A stretch of 64,000 nucleotides of DNA, from assembly GCF_009914755.1 (NCBI RefSeq), contig NC_060932.1. One strand, given 5' to 3'. The notes under the pieces were generated by a model. It was not told the DNA's origin. It saw only the letters and a list, made by a program, of their open reading frames with translations, and made no database searches. Below are positions 1-12,779 of the stretch, piece after piece. How positions within the stretch are numbered: the stretch's first letter is position 1; the number at the start of each line of letters is the position of its first letter. The translations under genes were made by a program, and so were the position numbers. Origin of the DNA: the human T2T-CHM13v2.0 reference genome, Homo sapiens.

Positions 1-934
1 TACTCTTGTGTTGCCTTAATATTCAGCTTTATATTACTTTTTGAAAGAAGAAATTATGGAAGGTTTAGAAGAGAACCTTTTACTAGAACTGACAACAGAG
101 GCATGATAAATAAAGTTAAAGTAAGGGTAAGCGTATCTGAACATAGGTCTGGGCATACAGTCAATGATCAGAAAATGCTTTGAGATTCTGTGAAAAGCAA
201 GGCTTTTCTGTGAGGCTCAATTGCTGTAGAGCCTCAAATCTACCGGGAACTATTGCTTGGGTAGTAGAGGCATGGATTCTGAGTCTAGACAAAAGAGCTC
301 ATCTCTGAGGCAGAAATATATTCCAACTACAAATGCTATCAGCTATGAAAATAAATTCTTGAGCCAGGCTTTATCTCCTTCAAAGGAGATCTGCAAGTAT
401 ACCCCAGGCAATAAGCCATAGGAAATAATCTAGTTATGGTCTTGGCCAGAGACAAAAGTAGGAAGTTGATAACTACTTCAAACCCTTTCAGTTCTTACCA
501 TTTTGTGATTTAAATTCACAAGCTATGCTGGCAGATTCATCAGCTGGTCAAATAATGAATCTATTTTTTATCTTGTCATGCCCTGTGCTAATCTCAGTCC
601 AGGCTCTCTTTCATGTAAATGAGAGGCTGGTGTTTGAATCAGCTGTACAAAGCTACCGCGAAATGAGATACTGGAGCTGAGTGACAAAGAGTTTAAATTT
701 ATAAGACTTCAATTTCAGTCCTACATTTCTAAAGACTACTGAATCTTTCATAAATAACTTTCGGTTGTTTATTTCATCGTGCAAAGAACAGGTGGGAAAT
801 CGCTCAATGATTACCTGCCCACATAGGAAAACATTCATCAGATGATTCAATATGTTATGTTTGGATGGCCAAACAGTTTCCAGGTTTGAGTGAGTGAGAA
901 GAAAATGAAAGAGGACGGTATACGAAGTAGAAAA

Positions 935-1204
935 AGCTGAGTGCAGGGGCTTACACCAAAAATCCTAATGCTTTGGGAGAATGAGGTGGGAGAACCACTT
1001 GAGGCCAGGAGTTTAAGATCAGCCTGGGCAACAAAGTAAGACCTCATCTCTACAAAAACTTAAAAAAATTATTCTGGCATGGTGGCACGCACCAGTAGTC
1101 CTGGCTCCTAAGGGGCCTGAGGCAAGAGGATCACTTGAGTTCATAAGTTGGAGGTTCAGTGAGCGGTGATAGCAACACTGCAGTCCAGCCTGGACAACAG
1201 AACC
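935..1204 (+). mobile_element. AluJ (old, diverged, no clear poly(A) tail)
   Basis: Dimeric Alu with J-type motifs (CACTTGAGGCCAGGAGTTTAAGATCAGCCTGGGCAACA, GGATCACTTGAG) and a central A-rich linker. Confidence 0.9.
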
Positions 1205-2311
1205 AGGCACTTCTAGCGAAAATTATGTTGAGCAGCATACCGTATGTTTTAGGACTGACTCTGGTAACGTAAGTATTAGAGAAATTAGAGTTAACCTTAG
1301 AAGTTTTGTTAATCTCTCCTCTTTCAGGGCTCTCATTTAACATGTTCTATTTTCTTGATACCTTTTTTTTCTGATCCAAAAAACTAATGACACCTTCGCC
1401 AAGAAGAGCTTGCTATGCCTTCTCCCCTTTTCCTCTCACTGAAGCCTGGAAGATTTGTCCTTTTTCCTTGAGACTAGTCATCTGTGTTTGCAAGGCATCT
1501 CCATCCAAACCCTTACATTGGCTGGGATGAGGTTTGAGGGGCTGCTACACCCTAGTTAAAAATGTAGAAAATAACACTCTTGACATGAGTTTGCTTTACC
1601 ATTGGCCAAATAAACTCCTCAATTAAGCTGCGCATTCCTTGAAGGAATTATGGGTCTGTCTAGGGGTGATGAACTCCTCATGGTCGAGTCCCCAGTGTCA
1701 TGGTTAGACTTTATTATATGTCAGATGAATCAAAGCAGGATTGTCCAAGGGCAATTCAGGGACAAAACCCACCCTGCTGATTTCTTCACAGTACTCTTGC
1801 TTGGCTGCGCCTCCTCTGCCAATGAGCCAAGTGGAGCTTGGTCGTGAATTATATTAACCTAGAGAGTAGGCTGGAGTTTATTAGAAGTACATTTTAAACA
1901 AAATATCAGCACGTGGAACAAACTGAAAATTTATTTTCAGCAAACTCTGCAAAACTGTCAAGCAAACTCATAATGGTTGCTTCTAGAGAGTTAACTATGC
2001 TGCTTACCCACTTCTAGAATCTCAATTATTTGGTTGCTAATTACACTGTACTATTTTTGATATTAACTATTAATGAATATTACCTACAATTTAAAGTGGG
2101 AACTCAAGCGGAGAGATTTCTAGGCCTGAGAGAATGTAGTCTGTACTCTGCGGGTTTATTTCAAGCTGATGGATTTAAAAATTATCACAATCATCCTATT
2201 TTTTCAGAAAATTACATATTCAACTTTAGAATCTATACTCTAAATCAACGTAAAAGGTAAAACTTGGGAAAGAATAGTGAGAGAATAGAGATATCTCATT
2301 TCCAATACATC

Positions 2312-2325
2312 GTTGCCTAGGTAAC
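2312..2325. promoter_or_regulatory. RFX X-box motif GTTGCCTAGGTAAC
   Basis: Matches the palindromic X-box GTNRCC-N2-RGYAAC in non-repetitive sequence; binding is not shown. Confidence 0.5.
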
Positions 2326-3289
2326 AAGGCCTATCCAAGCATTTTGAATTAGTAGGCGTTGATCATCTATATTTGGGGATTCAAATCTGCAATGAAGGCA
2401 AGTTTCCATGGTACTAGCAATTACATAACTGTTTTCCAGTATTTTTCAGAAGGCAGTTGTATGTCATATGGGCATATTTCAGGCTCAAATATATTAAGCA
2501 ATCAATCATATCACTAGGTAAAAGTTTTTCACATTGAATTCTGAGATTCATATTCACTATCGCAGGAAATAATTTAGTACTGAAGAAAGCCTTGAACTCA
2601 AAATGTAGAGGAAAATGTTTGAAGATAAGTTTACCTCATTGTGGTTAGGAAGCAGTATTCTCTGTGATCAAAGGACAGACTACTCTGCATATCATGAATG
2701 TGGCCCTTTCTAGGAAGCAAACCCATGGAAACATTATTTTTCCTACAGTGTGATTTTGAGAAGAAATACTAACGTTCTGTGGTTCCCTGTTTGTCCAGTG
2801 AAACTGTAACTTACGGAAAAATGTTTAGGATATGCTCTTGTGTTCTAAAAGCATCTTTCAGCAAAGCGACGCAGTCAAGATAAATGGAAACCTAAGATTA
2901 GTCAATATGTTTTTTCAACAAATTAGAATTAGGCAGTTAGGGTGCATTAATAATGGTCAATAATATTGTGCAGATTTCAGTGCCCATTAATTTGTTCACA
3001 TGACTTAACGAGCACATCTGCATAATAACAGAAGGATGCTTCACCCAGCAGCCACAGCTGATGTTAACCTTCCACACCACTAACTTTCTGATTACTCATT
3101 ATCTGTACTTAGAATTAGTACTATGCTTTGTCCAATGGACTGACACATATTACCCTGGTTCAAGAGACGAAAGTGGCCTTATTTCCACCATGCAGTCATT
3201 TTAAGACTTGGTCTCAAGATACAAATTCTTGATATGAATTTGGAGCATCCTGAAGATCCTGCAGTTCAAGTAGCGCAAGCCATCTCTAT

Positions 3290-3303
3290 GTTTCCATGGT
3301 AAC
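3290..3303. promoter_or_regulatory. RFX X-box motif GTTTCCATGGTAAC
   Basis: Matches the canonical GTTNCCATGGNAAC X-box. Confidence 0.55.
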
Positions 3304-3391
3304 TCCACAATCTCTAACAAGACAAGAAGCCAAACTAAGACTGTCTACCAAGCCACATTCTTACTTCCCTTATGCAAACTTGGCAGCAGTG

Positions 3392-3433
3392 CTGTGTCTG
3401 TGTGTGTGTGTGTGTCTGTGTATGTGTGTGTGT
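3392..3433 (+). repeat. interrupted (TG)n microsatellite
   Basis: Visible TG dinucleotide run with interruptions. Confidence 0.9.
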
Positions 3434-4387
3434 AGAGGGATATTTAAACCACAAGCCAAGATTCAAAGGTGTGCAATGTATGTAAAACATAGGTATTACA
3501 CACACAGAAAAATATGTGTATACATTCTACAGCTATCACATATGTTTATTATATTATAAATGTGTGAATAGGTTAATCACTTTCTGAACTGTTGAAAACT
3601 ATTCTGGCTATCCCAACAGCAGACAATAAACTGGCAGAAAAAGCACAGGACTAAATCAGCCAGGGTAGGTTTCATTCCGAACTCTGACATTTTCCTGATG
3701 TATGACATTTGCCCAGTAAGTGATCCTCTCAGATGGACACTTCCCCATAAGGTTACTGGGAAAAAAAAGATGGTAATATGATTCACATGCAGACATTCTT
3801 TATTTATTTTCATCACATGTGATGCTAAACATGAACTGGCTGCCCAGCGATAGAGCCAATGATTCCCAGGAGGTTAGCAAAGGGAGAACATTCCGCAGTA
3901 GACAGGCTTGCAGAAGACGTGTTAAAAAGAAAAATAATACAAGCTCAAGGGACTTGGAAAGGTGGTTCGTTCCTGCCACAACATCGCAAAGAAAAAGCAG
4001 GTAGTGAGTCACCCTAGATACACCAAAGGCCACCCATGTGACATATCAGGAGAAGCAAAGGACTTATGTTTTAGAGAATTCCAAGATATGCTGCACACTG
4101 ATCTGTAAGTTTCAGACTCTGACAGGTAGATGTCAGGTAGAGAATTCCAAGCTGTAGCGTAGATTGCAGTGCACCTGACTTGTGCCTCCTCCAACCCTCA
4201 TATTCAACATTTCAACATTTTAAGTTGCCTTCAACATCACATGGTATCTCAGTGACCAAGGGATATGGGGTATTTTATAACTCTCCAAAACATAAAAACA
4301 GATGCCACATGAAATGGGCAATGTATTTGGTAAAATACAAGGAGTGCTTCAGCTTGCTTTGTTAGAGCATAAAAAGCACATATGATA

Positions 4388-4746
4388 ATCAAATACAAAG
4401 ACACAGACAGGAGGATGGAGGTTGCCAGTGGTTGTGGGGAAGTGAATATAGAGAGATATTGGCCAAAGGGTACAAAATTTTAGTAAGAGAATGAATACAT
4501 TCCGGAGATCTAATATAGAACAGTGTGACTGAATTTAATATTCTCTTGCTAAGAGAGCTGACCTTAAGTGTTCTAACCATAAAAAAATTATTAAAAATGG
4601 TCACTATGTGTGGTGATGAATATGTTACTTAGCTTGATCATGGTGATGTACATGCGTACATGATTCACAATGCATATCAAATATCAAATTGTACAAGTTA
4701 TATACAATGTTACTTGTCAATTATATATCAATAGAGCTGGAATAAA
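4388..4746 (+). mobile_element. L1MA/L1MB 3' end fragment
   Basis: L1M 3'UTR motifs (GTTGCCAGTGG, AAAGGGTACAAA, GGAGATCTAATATAG, CTTAAGTGTTCT, GGTGATGAATATGTTACTTAGCTTGAT) ending near AATAAA. Confidence 0.8.
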
Positions 4747-5362
4747 GTATATTTTTATCTAATAGAAACTAACCCAAAAAGCAGACTATGTGCACTAGAG
4801 CATGTGGTCATCTCCTAGGAGACAAAGTCTGTGTCTGGTGATCTGACCTTTGCAGCTTTTTCTTTTCACCAGGGGAGCTTCGACTAGGTCCATAAGGAAA
4901 TATCATCTTGATGTGTGCACTGGGGCTCATCTTTCTCATCCTACACGTTCCGTATTAGAAATATGTGGAACAGTTCTGATGAGACACTACCACTTCAATT
5001 TGTTTTTCTCCTACATCTCCTGTAGCATATGGCCCTGGTCAACTCAATAACTAATTTTTAAGGCTTATTTACTTTTAAATACTGCCAAGAGAAGTGTTTT
5101 AAAAATTATAATAAGTATTTTCATATATACAATAAATTCTAGTAAAGCCATTGCCAATAATACCACAAGCACTGTGGTTGTGAAATTGTGAATGTATACA
5201 AATAGGTGTGTGTATGTGCGTGTGCGCACACACATACTCTGGCTTAACACGGTATACCAGCACCTCGAGTAAAAGGCCTATTCAAAAACACACTGATCAT
5301 TAGCAACTGAGAAATGCCTTGTTAATCTGCTTTTTCATATATTTTCAGATTTCTCTGTAACC

Positions 5363-5376
5363 GTCTCCATGGAGAC
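5363..5376. promoter_or_regulatory. RFX X-box-like perfect palindrome GTCTCCATGGAGAC
   Basis: 14-bp perfect palindrome with the GT..CCATGG..AC X-box frame. Confidence 0.45.
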
Positions 5377-6509
5377 TTTCCTCTGTTTTCCCAAAGGTGC
5401 CTCTGACACAATCATCTTTACACGTGTTCATTCAATTGTTCATTCTGTCATGTGTCTAGTTTAACAAAACATTTCAGACGTGGCCTTCAAATCAGCTTTA
5501 CATCTTTCAGGTTTGGTACATTATTTTTCATACTCCCATACGCTCAAGCTCAGAGAGTACCTACTATCTTCTGTTGAGCAAAGGCAGGAATATTTTAAAA
5601 CTGAACTGCTCAAAGATGCATTCTTTTACAAATGTCTACCTCTATCTCTCAATCTATTTTTTCATTTTCATAAAAATGATTGTCAGAAATATATATAAAT
5701 AAATAGGTATATAAGAATATAAATATATACATATATAAGTATATATATGACAATGACTCGCTGGGTTATGAGTTACACTACCGCTATGCTCAAAGGAAGG
5801 TTTGTTTAAAAGCACTCAAGAATTGAATCAATAAACACAAAGATATTAAAAATGTTTCCTAAAAATAAAAAGGCATATCCATCATTGAGCAAAAGAATAT
5901 AAAAGTTGCCATTCACATTTCACCGTTGTAGATAAAAACATGTTTACCAGCAAGAAATATACATTAGCATATGATATATAGCAGCTGATCTTTAAAAAGG
6001 ATCTTTGAGAACCTTTAAAAATATTTACCTAGCGATAAGGACAACTCAAATACGTCATGGACAAGAACAGGCACTATGCAACAGGTTGTGGTCAGCTGGT
6101 CTCTGTTCCAATGTGCAAAGATTAAGGAATTTTCGGACTGAAGAAAACAAATGGCTAGCCAATGTTTCATTCTTTCTAAGGCAGCATCACACCATAACAT
6201 CAAGCTCAGAATTCTGTGATTAAGTCAGTCTGTGGTTGGGGCTTAGAAAGAGGAGAAATGATGGGGCAGCCAAGGGGAGCTAAACCTGTCAGTAATTTCG
6301 GATTCAAGAAGCAGAAAACAGTGGAAACAGATTTCCACTTACATGCAAGACATCGCATTGATGACCAACGCTAACATATATTAGCAGCTATTGCGGTTTG
6401 GAGGTGAAATGGACATGAAAATTAGATAGGAACTTATGCTTTCTATGAGGATTAACGATGTTTGAACACCCTAGAAGGTAACATATAAATCTTTTCCTTG
6501 CTTGGTTTC

Positions 6510-6600
6510 CAATTTTGTTATTTTTGACATGTAATTATACACACTTATGCAATAGAGTATTTTCATACATGGATACAATGTATAGTGATCAAATCAGGAT
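6510..6600 (-). mobile_element. L1MA extreme 3' end
   Basis: ATACAATGTATAGTGATCAAATCAGG matches the reverse complement of the L1MA 3' terminus and is preceded by a T-rich tail. Confidence 0.65.
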
Positions 6601-6947
6601 AAAGAAGAGAAAAAATAGATAACTGGAATTACATCAAACTACAAAGCTTTTATATAGCAAAGGAAACAGTGACAAAGTGAAGAGACAACATGCAGAATGG
6701 GGGAAATATATGCAAATCACTCATCGGACAAAGCACTAATATCTAAAATATATGAGGAAATCACAGAAAACAAAAACAAAAAGTACCAAAATAATTACTG
6801 AAACACGGTTCAAATGACTGGAAGAGACCTTTCTCAAGATATGAAATGGCCATGTAATTTTTTTAAAAAGGCTCAACGTCATGAATTATCAAGAAAATGC
6901 AAATCAGAACTATAATGTGCTATCATCTCAACCCCGTTAAAATGCTA
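6601..6947 (+). mobile_element. L1 ORF2 fragment (old L1M)
   Basis: TACATCAAACTACAAAGCTT and ATGCAAATCAGAACTATAATGTGCTATCATCTCAACCCC; ORF 6897 MQIRTIMCYHLNPVKM resembles L1 ORF2 MQIKTTMRYHLTPVRM. Confidence 0.85.
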
Positions 6948-7312
6948 ATTCTTCCACAAAACCAGTCTGTGCCTTCACAGGGAGGTCATCCCGAGCAGCG
7001 ACCTACATTGGAGTGTTCTGAGGTTACATGCACTGACAGGCAGACAGGTGATGAGTCTGTGTATTCAGTCAAGACGTAACAAGGGAGGGGCTTTTCTTCC
7101 TCAGTGTTTTCAAACTACGCTCTTCATACTGACTAGATATCATTTGGAATTTCAGTAGTTCACATTAGTATAAAATAACGGAATATTACATTCTTATTAT
7201 CATATCCAGATTGTTCATGGTCCATGTGCTGGCATGTGTGAATACGAAAGTACTACAACTAGAAATCTTCAGCATTAGAAAGGACCTGGAGGTTTTTCTA
7301 CTCCAAACTCTC

Positions 7313-7631
7313 CATGCTGGTCAACTATGGTTAACAATCAAATATGGCCTGCTAATTTATCTGGACAGCTCATTTGCTAAGAATGATTTTTATATTTTGA
7401 AATGACTAAATATACATCCAAAGAATAATAATATTTCATAGCACATGAAAGATACACATAATTTAAATTTCAGTGACCATAAATCCAGTTTTACTGGAAA
7501 GCAGCCATGCCCATCTATTTCCATACGATCTGCGGCTGCTTACCTGACCCCACAGCCGAGTTGAACAGTTACATCAGGGAGTATGACCCACACAGTATCT
7601 GGCCCTTTAAAGCAAGGCTTGCCGATCCTTG
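7313..7631 (+). mobile_element. MER58B (hAT-Charlie)
   Basis: GCTAAGAATGATTTTTATATTTT, AAATTTCAGTGACCATAAA, TATCTGGCCCTTTA...TTGCCGATCCTTG end. Confidence 0.8.
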
Positions 7632-9711
7632 ATATAATCCATCCCTGCTCTGATAGCCTCATGACATTATTGTCTAAACTGAATTAAAATCCAGTTACAG
7701 AAAACTTTCAGTCTTTGGGCTTGAGCGTGCTTTTCGTTATTGTTCTTGACTGATTTCATTTCAATCTTCAGCAGGAATCAAATTTAAAAGAAAAAAATGG
7801 TAAGTGAAATCTTCATTGCAATTTTGAATTTTTTTTCTAATTTGCCTCGTATGAGTGCTAGTCAGAAATGTCGTATTATTTATAATTATATTTTAGATAT
7901 AAAAATAAATTAACAGAATTCTTATCAAAATTCAAAGGAGACAAGTCAGTGGTAAGCTCTGGATACAATGTCCCGCTGTAGAAATCCAAGGGGATTGAGA
8001 CTGAGGGCCTGAGGCCATCTCCACCTCTCTCAACATGTCATTCTGGCTGGATTGTAAAACCTGGCTGGACCTCAATCTTTTCCTCAAATACTAATTTGAA
8101 AGTGAGTTTAGTTAGGTAACATTCAACTCTCTTGTAATGGAGGGTGCTTGTGGCTGAGGACAAGGGCTCCAGGATACTTAAAGTTTTCATTTTATTATTT
8201 CCTCTAATTATCTAGACCAGAGACACCTTTGACCATTTTTCTCCTATTCTTTGACCCCTCAGAAGTTACTTTTTCTCCAAGGCAGGAAAGATGAATGATT
8301 TTAGCACTTGGTGTGACAACTGGGATCGGTGTTCAAGTTTTAGCTTTACTCCTAACTTATTAATCTTGAGTTAGAAATACTTGGAAATTACATCATGCTT
8401 AAAATGAAACAGACATCCACGATTTGGGGTAATCTCACCTTGGCCCTCTCTAAACAGCAGCAGCAGCAACTATAAAATTATTCAGTCTATAGCATAGGAC
8501 AAAACTACATAATATAATCGATACTCTCTGCTCTTTGATTTCTTGGGACATCTAAGACATTATCATTTAAAATAGGTAACATTACTTAAATATTTTAGCC
8601 AAACACACACAAGAGCTTATACCACATCTATGAAGAAGAAGGAAATTGCAAGACTAAAGGAGACTAAATTATAATTTACCAATGACATTACAGGATAAGG
8701 CTGTCTCAACAGAAATACTTCCCTGTTGCCTATTATTAAAGTTCGCCAAAGAGAATGTAGATATTGGCCATCTGCTCTGAGTCTTCTAGTGCAAAAGCAA
8801 TGAAAGGAGGAGTGTAATTTCACATCAGTATGCAATTGCAATGACTCCTATTACTACAAACATCCCTTCTATCTCCTGTAGCACGTAACTCAATTCTGAG
8901 TGCCTAGCAAGCATGTATTGCCAAGTTGTATTGGATAAAGTTTTAGTAACTCTAAATAAAATCTATAATCACTTAAACAGATATTATATCTTCTCTCGTT
9001 CAAAGAAACAAAAAAAAACAGATCAGAGGTAATTTCCAAAGTTAATCCATGATAAGAAAAAAATAAAAAGTTAAATAAACAAGGATAAAATAGGAGCACA
9101 AAAATAAAATGGAGGCACAGAAGAATTTATACACGGGAAGCACTACACTGGCAAACATGCGTCACTTATTTTACTATATGCATAAAGAGGAAAAAAACAG
9201 ATTAGTTACAACATACTCCAAAATACACCAGGCAAAAACAAACCAGTGGCCCAGGAAAAGTGAATGCTTGGCTAACTACCAGTTAGAAGTATTAAAGAGA
9301 GAAGACCTTTTCGGTTTTTAAAACATATTTACTGCATATGATCTCTGGATATGGCATTGTGCTGGGAAAATGTATATAAGAAATTCACAATGCATACTAA
9401 GTGCTCTTGACTATCTCTTCATGTCTAAGGGGAAGGTAGATATAACCAGGAGCAAAGGCATGTTCTGTGGATGCCTTTGTAAGAGTGTGAGGCCACAGCA
9501 GCGAAGTCATGGAATCCACCCAAGTGTACTACGCTACAAGTGTTTAAAGAACGTTGCAGGTCACAGAACTGTAAGTGATTCTGTATTTTTAAAAATCAGA
9601 ATATTAGGCCTTTCTGATCATTTGCTGAAGTATCTTCATATTTCTTTCCACAAAAAGGTAGCTTAATAAGTTGTATCTGCAAAGATTTTGAGAGTTGTAT
9701 CACAAATAAAA

Positions 9712-9836
9712 GTGTGTGTGTGCACATGTGTGCATCTGTGTGTGTGTATGCATGTGTGTGTGCGTGGGTGTGTTGGGGGTGGGGGAGGGAGGGGAGAGGG
9801 GGAGAGGGAGGGGGAGAGAGAGAGAGAGAGAGAGAC
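9712..9836 (+). repeat. compound (TG)n / G-rich / (GA)n low-complexity tract
   Basis: Seen directly in the sequence. Confidence 0.9.
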
Positions 9837-10540
9837 TCTTTTGCGTACATATCCGCTTAAGTGAATTTTATACCAGGAGAATTTGATCTTCGTCTTTAGG
9901 AAGACCGTGAGTTAAAATTGTAGAAAATAAACTACGAATGTGACTTTCTTTCAATCCCTTAACCCATTTATTCTTCCAAGACCCAGTTAAATCAATAAGC
10001 TTTTAAGGTACGAACATGCTCTTAGTTCATCTACATGTCTGTTGCTCTGATTGAGTCATAAGCCTTTCTCCCTGTGATATCACAGCTATTGTTCCTTAAC
10101 CAGACAGTGCCCTCAGAATACTCTTGAATTGCACCATATGCAAAAACAGGACAAACTGAAAAATTGAAAATCCAACTGTCCACACAAGCCGAAATCTTAC
10201 ATTCTTGCTAATTTAGTTAGAAATTATTAACATGACTCATGAAATGCTCAAATTACAAAATGAGCTGAAGTTTGAAGATAAGTAAAATTCAGTCTGAATC
10301 CGAATACAGAGCTTGCATATGTGCTTTTGGTGTAATTTCATCAGAGAACTAAGTGAAGATTTTAATCAGAATGACTATAAGAAGGGCTTGTTTACTAATT
10401 GTCTTGTGGTATTTGGTACAGACCAGTGGTTTTCAAAAACAATTTTTGCAGCAGTGGAAAGCTATTTTTCTACACTCTAAGACCTCCACAGAATTGAGTA
10501 TAAGATGTAGGTGTTATCGTATTTTACATTTTTCTTAAAG

Positions 10541-10712
10541 CATCCTTTTGTGGTAGGCAGAGGAAATATTATCACCTCTACTTTAATGATAGAGAAAAGT
10601 CAGATTTACAACTAGTGATATGTCTCAGGTTATATAGGTAGAAAATGGAGAGCTCTATCTAGAATCTACCTTCTTTTTCCCTTTCAACAGCCTTTCTACT
10701 CTATACCATGCT
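10541..10712 (-). mobile_element. MIR
   Basis: Degenerate MIR core (TATTATCACCTCTACTTTAATGATAGAGAAA) and ...CTCTATACCATGCT end. Confidence 0.6.
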
Positions 10713-12211
10713 TTTTTATATTAGGTGACATAGAAGGCTTCAACATTTAGCAACCAAATTGTCTTAGAAAGCTGTTACGTCTCCCTGAAATTTCACAATT
10801 GCATACCTTCATAATATTTGGCTAAATGGTAAATTTTGAAATGTGGCCAATTTCTATCATACCTATAAATACAATCATCAGTTACAAGATCATTTATTTG
10901 ACATTTTTCAAATGCCCAAATGAATCTTTCCTCCATTAAGATATTTATTTGTCTCAATTGCTTAAAATTAAAATATGATATGACCTTTTTTTTTTTTTTT
11001 TAAGTTTAGGTTACTTTTTAACTATGTAATGTTACCTTTAAGAAAAGACAGGGAGCCAAAATATATTAGCAAAAAGGTTGTGCTATGACCTTTATACTGC
11101 CAAACTTTAACAAAACAAATGTATGCTGTAGACTTAAGGGATCCAAAGTAATAGCTTTGGTCCCTGAGCCCTGGAATCTTGTCTTTTCCTTGACTAAAGA
11201 GGCTTAGTTTTAGCTTATTTCAAATAAGAATCTCTCAGCCCTGAAACATGACTTATGAGCCACCACTGGCTGCTACGTCAGATTCATCCCAAACTTCAGT
11301 CCAAATCATCAAATCTTGATGGTCCTTATTGTTACAAGCCTTCTCTTCTTTTTGCTGTACAATTGCAAGGCTCTGTCAAGCGTCCAGGCACCTGCCTGAA
11401 GCCTAAGTCTCAACAACTGGAAGCCTCACTCTAGGGGACGCCAACTGCAGGTGACTGTGCTGTCTACTTGAGGTCTAACAGGCTGACACACCTGAGGGGC
11501 ACACAAACTGTGAACCAAGAAATGGAGAAAAATCAAAATAGTGTTATAAATGAAATGCACAGCTATGATATGCTCTGATTTACTATATCTCATCAACCAA
11601 CCTTGATTCACCAAACCACATGATACTCTTTGCCTGCTACAAACCACACATAAAGGTAAGATCACCGCAGCAGTGAGCTCTCAGCCTGAAGGAGGTAGGA
11701 ATGGAGGCTAATGTCCTGATTCCACATTTATTCAATTAACACTTCCACGCTTACAATGAGAAAAAGCAGAACAAAACTGACCTGGGCAATGGGCTAGAGA
11801 ATTGCGAGTTGACTCATGAAATTTACTAGAACAAAGGTGTATTTTTCATCACTGATGTCAAGGTTGTCCACTTCTCCTGCTGACCAAAAGTCACATTTGC
11901 TCTTCTCTAAATCCAGTGGCAGCTGATTGAATTTAAGTAGGTTATTTTTAAATTCCCAGCATCTAGTTACTTTAGCAAGATGACTTTGCTTTCCTTAGCT
12001 GTGGAGACACTATCTGCCAGTGGCTCTAGTTCCGGTGGATGGAGGGGAAAGGATGTGCATTCTAAGGTGGGCCGTGCTTACAGGACCGCCTTCCTTGACA
12101 CATACTTGCTTTCTGCAAGTCATCGTTTAAAGCTTCTTTTAATAATTTTGCCTCTCTGCTTAATCGAAATTAAAGTTCTGTCTTGGCTACCTCTATCAAA
12201 GAACAAATCTG

Positions 12212-12338
12212 CCTGGCTCAGACCAGTAATTCCAGAACTTCAGGAGTCTGAAGCCAGAGGATCGCCTGAGCCCAGGGGTTCGAGACCAGTCCGGGCAACA
12301 TAGCAAGGTCCCATCTCTAAAAAAAAAAAAAATTAGGG
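12212..12338 (+). mobile_element. Alu left monomer (FLAM-like or 3'-truncated AluJ)
   Basis: GGATCGCCTGAGCCCAGGGGTTCGAGACCAG...A14; flanked by the 11-bp TSD AAAGAACAAAT (12198-12208 and 12339-12349). Confidence 0.85.
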
Positions 12339-12779
12339 AAAGAACAAATGACTTCTAGGAGTTAATAAAATGTACCAAGTTTCACCTGATACCTAAAGCT
12401 CCATCTACATCCTGTCTTTCTAAGAAGTAAACATTAGAACGTATCTTTCCTAACAAGAGATTTTTCAATGCTAAATGTTTCTCCAGCTATATAAAAACAT
12501 TCAATGAAAATTTGAGGCATCTCCTTATTCGTCTTGTTCTCCTCTCTTCTCGTCTCATAGCCCATGCTGGCTATTATACCAAGTAAGGTAAGAAGAGTTA
12601 CTTAAAATAATGTCTAAAAAGCAGAGTTCCATAGCTATTACTGTGCCAAATTTATAGATTAGGAAGAAAATTGACAGAACTTAAATTGTGAGATTCATGG
12701 AGGTAGAAAGTGGCCGGTCAGTTTGGCTTTAAAATGCATGTTTTATGCAAAAATCCTGAAAGAGACTTCAACTTGTTGT

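Noticed and set aside
12333-12338. TTAGGG after the Alu monomer tail as telomere capture
   Set aside because: It is a single hexamer, and AAAATTAG is the normal start of the Alu right-arm junction
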